This document shows, piece after piece, positions 9,270-19,297 of a stretch of DNA of 50,267 nt. The position numbers were made by a program, and so were the translations under genes. Below the pieces are notes generated by a model, which was given only the letters and a program-made list of their open reading frames with translations, was not told the DNA's origin and did no database searches. Every line of letters begins with the position of its first letter. The stretch's first letter is position 1. The DNA comes from a bacterium (GTDB lineage: Bacteria > Zhuqueibacterota > Zhuqueibacteria > Oceanimicrobiales > Oceanimicrobiaceae), in assembly GCA_037446635.1 (NCBI GenBank), contig JBBIIG010000031.1, forward strand, positions 1-50,267. Direction: 5' to 3'.

Positions 9270-9295
9270 CTCCGTGTTCTCTGTATCTCCGTGGC
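9270..9295. repeat. Right inverted arm flanking the GxxExxY gene
   Basis: CTCCGTGTTCTCTGTATCTCCGTGGC; its reverse complement matches the left arm at 18/26 positions and all differences are transitions. Confidence 0.8.
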
Positions 9296-9300
9296 AAATT

Positions 9301-10488
9301 ATGGGACCACTAAACGGCATAAAGGTGATCGAGCACACCACGGCGCTGGCTGGCCCGTACTGCGCACAACTCCTCGGCGACCTCGGCGCGGACGTGATCA
9401 AAATCGAGCGCCCGGACGGCGGCGATCAAGCGCGCGGCTGGGGGCCGCCGTTCGTAGGAAAAGAGAGCGCCTATTTCCTCGGAACCAATCGCAACAAGCG
9501 CGGCCTCACTCTGGATTTGGGCAAAGAAGAGGGTCGCCAAATTCTTCACCAACTTATCAAAAAGTCCGATGTGCTGATTCATAATATTCCCCGCGAAACC
9601 ACCCGCCAGAAATTAGGACTCGACGAAGCCACCTGCCGAACACTCAACCCAAAACTCATCTGGGCGTGTATTTCCGGATTTGGCAACACCGGCCCGTACG
9701 CCGAACGTCCCGGTTACGACATCATCGCTCAGGGGATGAGTGGCACAATGCACATCACCGGCGAGCCGGGCAGCGAGCCGACGCGCTTCCCCACGCCCAT
9801 CGCCGATCTCACCGCAGGAATCTACACGGCGCTGGCAATTGTCTCAGCTCTGTTCGCCCGCGAAAAAACCGGGCAGGGGCAAGGCATCGACACCGCGCTG
9901 CTGGACTCGCAAGTGACCTGGCTCTCCAATCTTGCCAGCAACTATTTGGCGGCCGGCGAGCTGGCCAAAAAGTTGGGCAACGCCCATCCCTCGATTGTGC
10001 CGTATCAGCCGTTTCCAACCAAAGACGACTGGATCATCGTGGCGGTGGGCAGCGAGCGGTTGTGGAAAAGTCTGGTGGAAATTTTGGAATGGCCCGAGTT
10101 GGGCGATGATCCGCGATTTGCTGCCAACAAAGATCGACTCGCTCATCGCGACGAGTTAGTGCCGATGTTGGCCAAATGCTTTCGTCAAAAAAGCTCGCAG
10201 CAGTGGCTGGAGAATTTGGCCGCGGCCGGTATTCCGGCCGGCCCGATTTTATCCCCCGAGGCCGCGTTGGACGACGCGCAGCTTTTGGCGCGCGGGATGA
10301 TTGTCGAGCTGGAACATGCGGCGATTGGCGTGTATCGCACCCTCGGCAACCCGATTCATCTCAGCGGCACGCCGGTAAGTTATCGCCGGCCCGCACCGAT
10401 GTTGGGGGAACATAATGAGGAGATTTTGGGGGAATTGGGGTATCCGCCCAATGAAATTAAACGTCTGCGGAATGCCGGTATCATTTGA
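9301..10488 (+). CDS. CaiB/BaiF family (class III) CoA-transferase
   Basis: LAGPYCAQLLGDLGADVIKIE, NRNKRGLTLDL, SGFGNTGPY..RPGYDIIAQ, APMLGEHN; ATG at 9301 preferred because the GTG at 9274 lies inside the repeat arm. Confidence 0.93.
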   Translation: MGPLNGIKVIEHTTALAGPYCAQLLGDLGADVIKIERPDGGDQARGWGPPFVGKESAYFLGTNRNKRGLTLDLGKEEGRQILHQLIKKSDVLIHNIPRETTRQKLGLDEATCRTLNPKLIWACISGFGNTGPYAERPGYDIIAQGMSGTMHITGEPGSEPTRFPTPIADLTAGIYTALAIVSALFAREKTGQGQGIDTALLDSQVTWLSNLASNYLAAGELAKKLGNAHPSIVPYQPFPTKDDWIIVAVGSERLWKSLVEILEWPELGDDPRFAANKDRLAHRDELVPMLAKCFRQKSSQQWLENLAAAGIPAGPILSPEAALDDAQLLARGMIVELEHAAIGVYRTLGNPIHLSGTPVSYRRPAPMLGEHNEEILGELGYPPNEIKRLRNAGII

Positions 10489-10498
10489 GAGTTTCACA

Positions 10499-10570
10499 TC
10501 GTTCCCAAACGTGGAAAACTTGGGAACGAGCTGAACATCCCCCTAAATCCCCCTTTGCTAAGGGGGACTT
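10499..10570. repeat. Two adjacent REP-like palindromes between convergent genes
   Basis: TCGTTCCCAA-N11-TTGGGAACGA (10499-10529) and ATCCCCCTAAATCCCCCTT-TGCT-AAGGGGGACTT (10537-10570). Confidence 0.75.
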
Positions 10571-11545
10571 TTATGGCTCGCGCACTTCCGACTCCACGGT
10601 AAGATTCCCACTTTTCTCAAATTCCAAAACCAGTGGAAACCGCTCGCCCGGCTGCAAATCGCGTTTCAATCCAATGAGCATAATGTGATGGCCCCGCGGC
10701 TTGAATTCGATTTGGCCGCGCGCGGGAATTTCGATGCCGTCGGTCACTCGCTGCATTTTCATGCGATCGCCCACCATCACCGTTTCGTGAATCTCCACCG
10801 TTTCCGCCGTTTCGGAATAAGCGCTCAGTAAGCGGTCCGCAGCGCTGCCGCGGTTAATCACCGTCATGAACACCGCCGCGGTGCTGCCCATTTTATCGCC
10901 GTTGGCGGCAGCGTGCGCTGGCCACGACCAGATGTTTTCCACGCTGATTTGCGGCGACTTCTCGTTCAGCAGCAAGCGAATGTCGTGCACGACGTCCTCG
11001 GCCGGCGATTCTTGCGCGAAGCTCAGCCGCCAGCGTCCGCTGCGATCCAACAAAAACAGGCGCGCGGTGTGATTGATGATGTAGCCCGCGGCGCTTTCGG
11101 AGACCTGTTCTTTTTCACGATAAACGCCAAACGCCGAGTACACCGGCAGCAGCTCTTCCAGCGTGCCGGTGAGCCCGATGAAATTGGGGCTGAAAATTGC
11201 GAGGTGCTCGCGCATTTTGTTCGGCGAGTCGCGCTCGGGATCGACGGTGATGTAAACGAAGCGCACGCGCGCGGCATCCGCTCCCAACGCTTCCTCGATG
11301 CGTTTCCAATTGGAAAGCGTGAGCGGACAGACATCGGGGCAGTAGGTGAATCCGAAAAAAATCAGTGTCACTTCACCACGGCGCTCACTCAATGTGAACG
11401 GTTGCAGATTCTGATCGGTGAGCGTGAAATCGATGCCCGGGATGTCCGCGGGCATTTCTGTGCCTTTGAAGGAAGGCGTCGAAGTGTTGCAGCTAGAAAA
11501 AGCAACCAAAAGTGCAATTGCAAAAATTTTTACTGAGTGCTTCAT
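10571..11545 (-). CDS. SCO1/SenC domain fused to a PCu(A)C copper chaperone domain, probable lipoprotein
   Basis: Lipobox FSSC; FFGFTYCPDVCP (CxxxC), VDPERD and INHT in the SCO domain; EIHET...MKM...HIMLIGL in the PCuAC domain; SD before MKHSV. Confidence 0.9.
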   Translation of the reverse strand: MKHSVKIFAIALLVAFSSCNTSTPSFKGTEMPADIPGIDFTLTDQNLQPFTLSERRGEVTLIFFGFTYCPDVCPLTLSNWKRIEEALGADAARVRFVYITVDPERDSPNKMREHLAIFSPNFIGLTGTLEELLPVYSAFGVYREKEQVSESAAGYIINHTARLFLLDRSGRWRLSFAQESPAEDVVHDIRLLLNEKSPQISVENIWSWPAHAAANGDKMGSTAAVFMTVINRGSAADRLLSAYSETAETVEIHETVMVGDRMKMQRVTDGIEIPARGQIEFKPRGHHIMLIGLKRDLQPGERFPLVLEFEKSGNLTVESEVREP

Positions 11546-11567
11546 TTTATCCTCTTCATTCATGTTG

Positions 11568-11591
11568 AGGACAAGTTAAAACTTGTCTTAC
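11568..11591. repeat. REP-like palindrome overlapping the cytochrome c stop codon
   Basis: AGGACAAGTT-AA-AACTTGTCTTAC. Confidence 0.6.
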
Positions 11592-12043
11592 TTTTTTGAA
11601 ACCACCAACGATCGCACATACCCATAAACCGCCAAAACATCTTCCTCTGTCAGCACGTTTTCCCAACCCATCATTGGGGTGCCAGGTACTCCTTTGCGTA
11701 TGATTTGCAGCCGCGCCTGCTCGGAGTAAATCGTTGCCGCGACCGGGTTGGTGAAATCCGAAGGATGTCCGGCAAGCCCCTCGGCCACGTGGCCTTTGCC
11801 GTCGCCGCGGGGGCCGTGGCAGCCAGCGCAGAGCTGGATAAAAAGTTTCTGCCCGCGCTGAAGCTGGGAATCGCTGGCCGCAGCGACTGGATGATCGTAG
11901 CGTTCCCCCAATTCTTTTTCCAAACGCTGCCGGATTTCCATCATGTGCGATAAGCGCTGCGGATCAATCGGTTGGGATTGTTGTTGATAGCAGGAGACAA
12001 GAAGAAAAACAACTCCCGAACTCAATAGAAGCGATTTCATCAT
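11588..12043 (-). CDS. Monoheme c-type cytochrome, probable lipoprotein
   Basis: LLVSC lipobox; CAGCHG heme motif; GVPGTPMMGW distal Met region. Confidence 0.88.
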   Translation of the reverse strand: MMKSLLLSSGVVFLLVSCYQQQSQPIDPQRLSHMMEIRQRLEKELGERYDHPVAAASDSQLQRGQKLFIQLCAGCHGPRGDGKGHVAEGLAGHPSDFTNPVAATIYSEQARLQIIRKGVPGTPMMGWENVLTEEDVLAVYGYVRSLVVSKK

Positions 12044-12061
12044 TTCCTGAATGGCGATAAC

Positions 12062-12090
12062 TTGACTTTCACGGGTTTGAGCCTTAATTT
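12062..12090 (+). promoter_or_regulatory. sigma70-type promoter of purKE
   Basis: TTGACT-N17-TAATTT. Confidence 0.5.
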
Positions 12091-12182
12091 TTCTCGGTCA
12101 AAATATAATGGATAACTTGCAAATGGTCAATTCTTAATTTCGCGAATAACAAATTATTGCGAGAATTCAGCCCAGCAAAACA

Positions 12183-13337
12183 ATGAGTAAATTCCCCTAT
12201 CCCTTGTCGCGCATCGGCATCATTGGCGGCGGCCAACTGGCGAAAATGATGGCCCTCAAAGCCAAGCAAATGGGTTTTTACGTGGCGGTTTTGGATCCCA
12301 CTCCTAACTCGCCCGCGGGCCAAATTGCCGATCGTGAAGTCAGCGGAGATTTTTATGACCCCGAAAAATTGCGCGCGCTGGCGACCGGCTGCGACGTCAC
12401 CACCTATGATATCGAGCACATCGACACCGCGGCGCTGAAACAACTGCAGGCGGAGGGGCATCGGCTCATTCCGAAGCCCGAATTGTTGGATATCATTCAG
12501 GACAAATTCACGCAAAAATTGGTGCTGCAAAAGCACGGGCTGCCCGTCCCGCGCTTCACAAAAGTCGATGCGCCCGATCCGAAAATGTTCGCGGCATTTG
12601 GCTTCCCGCTGGTGCAGAAAGCGCGGCGCGGCGGCTACGATGGCCGCGGCGTGGCGGTGCTTCAAAATCCCAGCGATTTTCCCAAAGCGCTGCAAGCCGC
12701 TTCGCTGCTGGAAGAGTTCATCGATTTGGAAAAAGAACTGGCGGTGATCGTGGCGCGCGATCCGAGCGGCAATATCGTCAGTTACCCGGTGACGGAGATG
12801 CTGTTCAATCCCGAGGGCAATATCCTCGATTTTCTTCTGGCGCCGGCGCGCGTTTCGGAGAGCGCGGCGGAATGCGCGCGGGCGCTCGCGGTGCAATCGG
12901 TGCAGGCGCTGGACGGCGTTGGGGTGTTTGGCGTGGAATTGTTTCTCTCAAAAAGCGGCAAGTTGTTTGTGAATGAAATCGCGCCGCGGCCGCACAACTC
13001 CGGGCACTACACCATCGAGGCGTGTGTCACCAGTCAGTTCGAGCAGCATCTGCGGGCGATTACCGGTTTGCCGCTGGGCTCGACGCAGCTCGTGAAGCCG
13101 GCGGTGATGATCAATTTGCTGGGCGAGCCGGGGTTTTCCGGAACGCCGGAGATCACAGGGCTGCGGGAAGCGCTGGCGGTTCCCGGCGTGTCGTTTCATT
13201 TTTACGGAAAAGCTGAGACGCGTCCGCTGCGCAAAATGGGACACGTCACCATCGTCGATGATTCGTTGGAGGCGGCGCTGGCCAAAGCGCATCACATCAA
13301 AAAAATAATGAAGATCAAAGGAACAAAACATGAATAA
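12183..13337 (+). CDS. purK: N5-carboxyaminoimidazole ribonucleotide synthase
   Basis: [36 protein letters not shown]...RKMGHVT; overlaps purE. Confidence 0.97.
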   Translation: MSKFPYPLSRIGIIGGGQLAKMMALKAKQMGFYVAVLDPTPNSPAGQIADREVSGDFYDPEKLRALATGCDVTTYDIEHIDTAALKQLQAEGHRLIPKPELLDIIQDKFTQKLVLQKHGLPVPRFTKVDAPDPKMFAAFGFPLVQKARRGGYDGRGVAVLQNPSDFPKALQAASLLEEFIDLEKELAVIVARDPSGNIVSYPVTEMLFNPEGNILDFLLAPARVSESAAECARALAVQSVQALDGVGVFGVELFLSKSGKLFVNEIAPRPHNSGHYTIEACVTSQFEQHLRAITGLPLGSTQLVKPAVMINLLGEPGFSGTPEITGLREALAVPGVSFHFYGKAETRPLRKMGHVTIVDDSLEAALAKAHHIKKIMKIKGTKHE

Positions 13338-13815
13338 ACCAATCGTAGGAATTATCATGGGCAGCGACTCGGACTTGCCGGTGATGAACGAGGCCGCCGA
13401 CATCCTGAAAGAATTTAGCGTGCCGTTTGAAATGAGCATCGTCTCGGCGCATCGCACGCCGCAGCGCATGATGGAATACGCTCAAACCGCGGAGGAGCGC
13501 GGCCTCGAGGTGATCGTCGCTGGTGCCGGTGGTGCGGCGCATTTGCCGGGTATGGCGGCGTCGATCACGCCGCTGCCGGTGATTGGCGTGCCGGTGCAAA
13601 CCACGGCGTTGCAGGGGTTGGATTCGCTGCTGTCGATTGTGCAAATGCCGGGCGGCGTGCCGGTGGCGACGGTGGCCATCAACAACGCCAAGAACGCCGG
13701 CATACTGGCGGCGCAAATTTTAGGAATCAAATATCCTGAAATTCGTGAAAAAGTGAAGGCTTACAAATTACAGCTTGAGCAGCAAGTTCTGCAGAAGGCC
13801 AAAGCGCTCAAGTAG
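13330..13815 (+). CDS. purE: N5-CAIR mutase
   Basis: [41 protein letters not shown]. Confidence 0.98.
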   Translation: MNKPIVGIIMGSDSDLPVMNEAADILKEFSVPFEMSIVSAHRTPQRMMEYAQTAEERGLEVIVAGAGGAAHLPGMAASITPLPVIGVPVQTTALQGLDSLLSIVQMPGGVPVATVAINNAKNAGILAAQILGIKYPEIREKVKAYKLQLEQQVLQKAKALK

Positions 13816-13909
13816 CGTCCGATTTTGGGAAACCGCTTAATAGTTTTTGGGTATAAAGGAGCGCAAATTCTTCAGAATGGAAAAACATAAAGTTGGAGGT
13901 GATTTTTAG

Positions 13910-14764
13910 ATGAACACCATGAAAACGTTTTTGTTGATGGCTCTGCTCACTGTTCTGCTCGTGCTGGCAGGCCGGGCGATCGGTGGGCAGAGCGGCATGA
14001 TGTTCGCGTTTGTCATCGCTTTGGGGATGAATTTTTTCTCCTATTGGTTTAGCGATAAAATCGTGCTGCGCATGTACGGCGCGCAGGAAGTCGATGAACG
14101 GCAAGCGCCGGAACTGTACAACATGGTGCGAAGACTGGCGAGCCAGGCGCAACTGCCCATGCCGAAAGTTTACATCATTCCCAGCGATCAGCCTAATGCC
14201 TTTGCCACCGGGCGCAATCCCGAGCACTCGGCGGTGGCAGTAACCGAGGGCATCATGCGCTCGTTGAGCCGCGAAGAATTGGAAGGCGTCATTGGCCACG
14301 AGCTGGCGCACATCAAGCACCGCGATATTTTGATTGGCACGGTGGCGGCCACCATCGCGGGCGCCATCACCATGCTGGCAAACATGGCGCAGTGGGCGCT
14401 GATTTTCGGCGGCCGGAGCAGCGATGACGAAGAAGGCGCCGGCGGTTTGATTGGCGGACTGTTGATGATCATCCTCGCGCCCATCGCCGCGATGCTGATT
14501 CAGATGGCCATCTCCCGTTCACGCGAGTATCTCGCGGATGAAGGCGGAGCGCGCATCGCCGGCAACCCGCGTTATCTCGCCAACGCCCTGCGCAAACTGC
14601 ATGCCGGGGTCCAGCGCATCCCCATGCACGCCACGCCGGCCACGGCGCACATGTTTATCGTCAGCCCGCTGAGCGGCCGCGGCCTGGCCAGTTTGTTCAG
14701 CACCCACCCGCCGATGGAAGAACGCATTGCCCGGCTGGAAGCGCTGGCTCGGGGAGGGTACTAA
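13910..14764 (+). CDS. htpX: Zinc metalloprotease HtpX
   Basis: [17 protein letters not shown] (HExxH), [17 protein letters not shown]. Confidence 0.96.
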   Translation: MNTMKTFLLMALLTVLLVLAGRAIGGQSGMMFAFVIALGMNFFSYWFSDKIVLRMYGAQEVDERQAPELYNMVRRLASQAQLPMPKVYIIPSDQPNAFATGRNPEHSAVAVTEGIMRSLSREELEGVIGHELAHIKHRDILIGTVAATIAGAITMLANMAQWALIFGGRSSDDEEGAGGLIGGLLMIILAPIAAMLIQMAISRSREYLADEGGARIAGNPRYLANALRKLHAGVQRIPMHATPATAHMFIVSPLSGRGLASLFSTHPPMEERIARLEALARGGY

Positions 14765-14804
14765 AGGGCGGAAAGTTTTTGGATATTAAAATTTCTACGT
14801 CATC

Positions 14805-14883
14805 ATTGTGGATGAATGGAGTACTGGATTAGTGGATCAATGAAAAACAACTTCATTGATCCATTGATCCATTAATCCAGTAT
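14805..14883. repeat. Inverted arms of degenerate 8-nt tandem units
   Basis: TGGATGAA/TGGAGTAC/TGGATTAG/TGGATCAA ... TTGATCCA/TTGATCCA/TTAATCCA. Confidence 0.75.
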
Positions 14884-14895
14884 CTTTTTTGATCG

Positions 14896-16137
14896 TTGAA
14901 AAGCAGGAGGGGTAAAGGAAGATTGCCTTTTTCAAAAATCAAAGAACAAGCGCCGGAGTCCCTGACGCGGCGGCTGCTTTTGCCGTTTGAAAAATTTGCC
15001 CGCCTGGAAGCCAAAGGCGGAATTCTGCTGTTGATATTTACCGCAGCGGCGCTGGCGTGGGCGAACTCGCCGTGGAGCGCGGGCTACTTTCAGCTCTGGC
15101 AAACCAAGTTGCCCATTGGATTTGGCGCGTTCAAATTATCCAAATCATTACTGCATTGGATTAACGACGGCTTCATGGCCGTCTTCTTTTTTGTGGTGGG
15201 ACTGGAAATCAAGCGCGAGCTTTTGCAGGGAGAACTCAATTCACTGCAGAAAGCCGCGTTACCGCTGGCTGCAGCCGTTGGCGGAATGGTCGCGCCGGCG
15301 GCCATCTATATTTTCCTGAACGCCGGCGGGCCCGGCGCCGCTGGCTGGGGCATCCCCATGGCCACCGACATCGCGTTTGCGCTGGGGGTGCTGGCGCTCT
15401 TGGGCCGGCGCGCGCCGCTCGCGCTCAAAGTTTTTCTCACGGCGCTGGCGATCATCGATGACATTGGCGCGGTGCTGGTGATCGCTTTTTTCTACACCGC
15501 TAATATCTCCTGGCTCAGCTTGTTGGTGGGCGCTGGATTTTTAGCGGCTGCCATCCTCGCGAACCGCATTGGCACGAAGTCGGCGGCGATTTACATTGTG
15601 CTTGGAATTGGACTCTGGGTGGCGTTTCTGAAATCCGGCGTTCACGCCACCATCGCCGGGGTGCTGCTGGCGATGACCATTCCCCTGCGCAGCGCCGCTG
15701 CCGTTGAGGAAAGCCATTCTCTTTTGCAGCGCATGGAAGAGGCGCTGCATCCTTGGGTCACGTTTTTCATCATTCCCCTTTTCGCGCTCGCCAACGCCGG
15801 CGTAACATTAGGCGGCGATTTTCTTTCTTCCTTCAACCATCCCATCACAATGGGGGTGGCGCTAGGCTTGTTTTTTGGAAAGCAGATCGGCGTGATGAGT
15901 TTCTCGTGGCTGGCGCTGCGTTTGCGCTGGGCATCGCTGCCGGCAGGCGTGAGTTGGCTGCAGGTTTACGGCGCCAGTCTTTTGGCCGGCATCGGCTTCA
16001 CCATGTCGCTGTTCATTGCCAATTTAGCTTTTGCAGATGAAGGCGCTTTGGTTTTGGCCAAAGTTGGGATTCTCTCCGCGTCGGCGATTGCCGCCGTGGT
16101 GGGTCTTCTGGTGTTACGGCTGGGCACTAATGAATAA
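14896..16137 (+). CDS. nhaA: Na+/H+ antiporter NhaA (exact start uncertain)
   Basis: WINDGFMAVFFFVVGLEIKRE, GWGIPMATDIAFA, LAIIDD, KSGVHATIAG, GIGFTMSLFI. Confidence 0.96.
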   Translation: MKSRRGKGRLPFSKIKEQAPESLTRRLLLPFEKFARLEAKGGILLLIFTAAALAWANSPWSAGYFQLWQTKLPIGFGAFKLSKSLLHWINDGFMAVFFFVVGLEIKRELLQGELNSLQKAALPLAAAVGGMVAPAAIYIFLNAGGPGAAGWGIPMATDIAFALGVLALLGRRAPLALKVFLTALAIIDDIGAVLVIAFFYTANISWLSLLVGAGFLAAAILANRIGTKSAAIYIVLGIGLWVAFLKSGVHATIAGVLLAMTIPLRSAAAVEESHSLLQRMEEALHPWVTFFIIPLFALANAGVTLGGDFLSSFNHPITMGVALGLFFGKQIGVMSFSWLALRLRWASLPAGVSWLQVYGASLLAGIGFTMSLFIANLAFADEGALVLAKVGILSASAIAAVVGLLVLRLGTNE

Positions 16138-16190
16138 AGAGCGAAAGCACCGAACATGCTGAATATTACCAATGCAAAGAGGAGGCATTC

Positions 16191-17282
16191 GTGAAATGGT
16201 CTTATAAAATTGCCGAGTTCAGGGGGATTGGCGTTTATGTGCATGCGACGTTTTTGTTGTTGATAGGATTTATCGGGATCAGCCACTGGCTTCAGGGGAT
16301 AAGCTTAAGCGCGACAGTGGCAGGAGTAGGGTTTATTCTGGCCTTATTTGCTTGTGTGGTGGCGCATGAATTTGGCCACGCCCTCTGCGCGCAAAAATAC
16401 GGCATCCGCACCCGCGATATTACGCTTTTGCCCATCGGCGGCGTGGCGCGGCTGGAACGGATGCCGGAACAGCCCCTGCAGGAACTGTGGGTGGCGCTGG
16501 CTGGTCCCGCGGTCAATGTTGTCATTGCCGCCGCGCTCTTTTTCTGGCTGCAGCTGACGGGCGCCTGGGAACCCTTTGTGAGTCTGGGTGTGGCAAGCGG
16601 CTCTTTTCTTGAAAGACTGATGATCGTCAATCTTTTTTTGGTCGCGTTTAACTTGCTGCCGGCCTTCCCCATGGATGGCGGGCGCGTACTGCGCGCGCTG
16701 TTGGCCACCCGTCTCGAATACACGCGCGCCACTCAAATTGCGGCCGTCATTGGCCAGGGCATGGCCTTCCTGTTTGGGTTCATCGGCTTGTTCAGCAATC
16801 CATTTCTTTTGTTCATTGCATTTTTTGTATGGATTGGCGCCGCACAGGAAGCCAGCATGGTACAGATGAAATCGGCGCTCGGAGGCATTCCCGTGCGTTG
16901 GGCCATGCTCACCGATTTCAAAACCGTCGCTCCCCGCGACACCTTGCGCGAGGTCATCGCCCTGGTACTGGCGGGCTCGCAAAAAGATTTCCCGGTTACG
17001 GAAAACGGCAAGGTGGTGGGCGTGCTCACGCAAGACAATATGATTAAAGCGCTGGCGCAAAAAGGCCAGGAGGCGATCGTGGCCGACGTCATGGATCGTG
17101 ATTTTCAGGAAATTCACCCCTTCGATATGATGGAGTCCGCGCTGCTGCGGCTGCAAAATTGCAAATGCCACACCCTGCCGGTAACCGATGGAATCAATTT
17201 GCTGGGGCTGGTGACCATGGACAACATCGGCGAACTTATCCGAATCCAATCGGCGTTAGGAGCCGGCAAGCGGCGCATCTAA
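16191..17282 (+). CDS. Site-2 protease (M50) with C-terminal CBS pair
   Basis: HEFGH, LLPIGGVA, AGPAVN, FNLLPAFPMDGGR; two CBS-like repeats. Confidence 0.94.
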   Translation: MKWSYKIAEFRGIGVYVHATFLLLIGFIGISHWLQGISLSATVAGVGFILALFACVVAHEFGHALCAQKYGIRTRDITLLPIGGVARLERMPEQPLQELWVALAGPAVNVVIAAALFFWLQLTGAWEPFVSLGVASGSFLERLMIVNLFLVAFNLLPAFPMDGGRVLRALLATRLEYTRATQIAAVIGQGMAFLFGFIGLFSNPFLLFIAFFVWIGAAQEASMVQMKSALGGIPVRWAMLTDFKTVAPRDTLREVIALVLAGSQKDFPVTENGKVVGVLTQDNMIKALAQKGQEAIVADVMDRDFQEIHPFDMMESALLRLQNCKCHTLPVTDGINLLGLVTMDNIGELIRIQSALGAGKRRI

Positions 17283-17295
17283 ACAGCAGCATATT

Positions 17296-19281
17296 ATGGA
17301 TTTGACCATCCTCAGAGAGTTCATCATCATTTTTGCTTTGTCGATCTTCGTGCTGCTGATCTTTCACAAATTTAAAGTGCCCACCATCGTGGGCTTGCTG
17401 TTCACCGGCATTCTGGCCGGGCCGCATGGGTTGGGGCTCATCAAGGCAACTCACCAAATTGAGATTCTGGCGGAAATCGGAATCATCTTTTTACTCTTCA
17501 CCATCGGCATTCATTTCTCTCTAAAAGAGCTGGCTCAAATCAAGCGCCTCGCCCTGGTGGGCGGCGCTCTGCAAATGCTGTTTACCATTTTCGCCGGCGG
17601 GGTACTGGCTTATCAATTCGGCCGCAGCCTGCCGGAGGCGTTTTTTCTGGGATGTTTGTTGGCGCTCAGCAGCACTGCCATCGTCCTCAAGCTTCTCGAA
17701 GAACGCGCCGAAATGGACACGCCCCACGGCCGCACCGCGCTGGGAGTGCTGATTTTTCAGGACATCATTATTTTTCCAATTATTCTCTTCATGCCAATGC
17801 TGGCCGGCGACATGCCGGATTTCACCAAAAGTTTTCTCCTGCTTCTACTCAAAGCCGCCGTGATGATTGCGCTGGTGTTCATCAGCTCGCAGTGGATTGT
17901 CCCGAAGATTTTATTCCAGATTGTCAAAACCCGCAGCCGCGAGCTTTTTGCTTTGAGCGTGGTGATGATTTGTTTCGCAGTTGCCTGGCTCACTTCGTAC
18001 ATTGGCCTGTCGCTGGCGCTGGGCGCGTTTCTCGCGGGCTTGATCATCTCGGAGTCGGAGTACAGCCACCAGGCGCTGGGCAACATATTGCCGTTTCAGT
18101 ATCTGTTCCTGAGTTTGTTTTTTGTTTCCATTGGCATGTTATTGGATCTCCACGTGGTGTTTGAACAACCCATTTTTATACTCGTACTCTCGGCCGTGAT
18201 CATGGGAATCAAAACCGTCACCGCTGCTTTGGCGGGGCTATTGTTGGGCTACCCGCTGCGAACCAGCCTCGTGCTGGGTTTGATCATCAGCCAAATCGGT
18301 GAGTTTTCCTTCATCCTGTCGAAAATTGGTTTATCATTCAATTTGTTGCCAGAGGAAGATTACCAGACTTTTTTAGCCGTTTCTCTTATTTCCATGGCGG
18401 CGACGCCCTTTATCCTCGCCGCGTCGAGTCGCATTGCAGATTTTTTTGTGAAGCTGCCGCTGCCCGTGAAAATCAAAAAAGGCCTTTATCTCGCCAGAGA
18501 ACTTCCCGGACCCTTGAACGAGCGGCCGCTGAAAGATCACCTGATCATCGTTGGTTTTGGCATCAACGGCCGCAACGTGGCGTTGGCAGCGGCCGCGGCT
18601 GGCATCCCCTATATTATCATTGAAATGAATCCGGAAACCGTGCGCGCAGAAAGAGAAAATGGCGAGCCGATTTTTTTCGGCGACGCCGGCGAAGAATCGG
18701 TTTTGCGCCACGCCGGCATCGAAAACGCCCGCGTGGTGGTGATCGCCATCTCGGACGCCGCCGCCACCAGAAAGGTCACCGAAACCTGCCGCCGCCTGAA
18801 TCCCGCGCTGCACATCATCGCCCGCACCCGCTACGTGCAGGAAATGTGGCCGCTTTATGAAATTGGCGCGGATGAAGTGATCCCCGAGGAATTTGAAACC
18901 TCCATCGAAATTTTCACGCGGGTGCTGCGGCGCTATCTCGTGCCGCGCGACCAGATCGAATCCCTGAGCGCCCAGATTCGCTCCGACAGTTACGAGATGC
19001 TGCGCAGCCGCCACTCCAACGCGCTGGTGGTGGGTGATTTTAAAATACCCGATTTGGAAGTGTGCAATTTAAAAATCTCGCCGGCATCGAAGCTTGCGGG
19101 AAAAACGTTGGCGGAGCTGCGGCTGCGGCAGGATTACAACGTCAACGTGCTGGGGATTTTTCGCAGCGACCAGTTAATATCCAACCCCCACGGCGAGGAT
19201 CGGCTGCACGGCGAGGATAACATTCTCGTGATGGGAAAACCGGAAAAAATTGCGGAGCTGGCCGAAGCATTGCGAGCGTGA
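17296..19281 (+). CDS. CPA2 / KefC-like cation:proton antiporter with TrkA-N and TrkA-C domains
   Basis: ALSSTAIV, LIFQD, LGAFLAG, QIGEFSF, IIVGFGING, FFGDA, GADEVIPEEFE. Confidence 0.93.
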   Translation: MDLTILREFIIIFALSIFVLLIFHKFKVPTIVGLLFTGILAGPHGLGLIKATHQIEILAEIGIIFLLFTIGIHFSLKELAQIKRLALVGGALQMLFTIFAGGVLAYQFGRSLPEAFFLGCLLALSSTAIVLKLLEERAEMDTPHGRTALGVLIFQDIIIFPIILFMPMLAGDMPDFTKSFLLLLLKAAVMIALVFISSQWIVPKILFQIVKTRSRELFALSVVMICFAVAWLTSYIGLSLALGAFLAGLIISESEYSHQALGNILPFQYLFLSLFFVSIGMLLDLHVVFEQPIFILVLSAVIMGIKTVTAALAGLLLGYPLRTSLVLGLIISQIGEFSFILSKIGLSFNLLPEEDYQTFLAVSLISMAATPFILAASSRIADFFVKLPLPVKIKKGLYLARELPGPLNERPLKDHLIIVGFGINGRNVALAAAAAGIPYIIIEMNPETVRAERENGEPIFFGDAGEESVLRHAGIENARVVVIAISDAAATRKVTETCRRLNPALHIIARTRYVQEMWPLYEIGADEVIPEEFETSIEIFTRVLRRYLVPRDQIESLSAQIRSDSYEMLRSRHSNALVVGDFKIPDLEVCNLKISPASKLAGKTLAELRLRQDYNVNVLGIFRSDQLISNPHGEDRLHGEDNILVMGKPEKIAELAEALRA

Positions 19282-19297
19282 TCTCATTATTGACGAT

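Noticed and set aside
14765..14895. Sodium- or fluoride-type riboswitch upstream of nhaA
   Set aside because: The region is accounted for by octamer repeat arms; no aptamer consensus recognised
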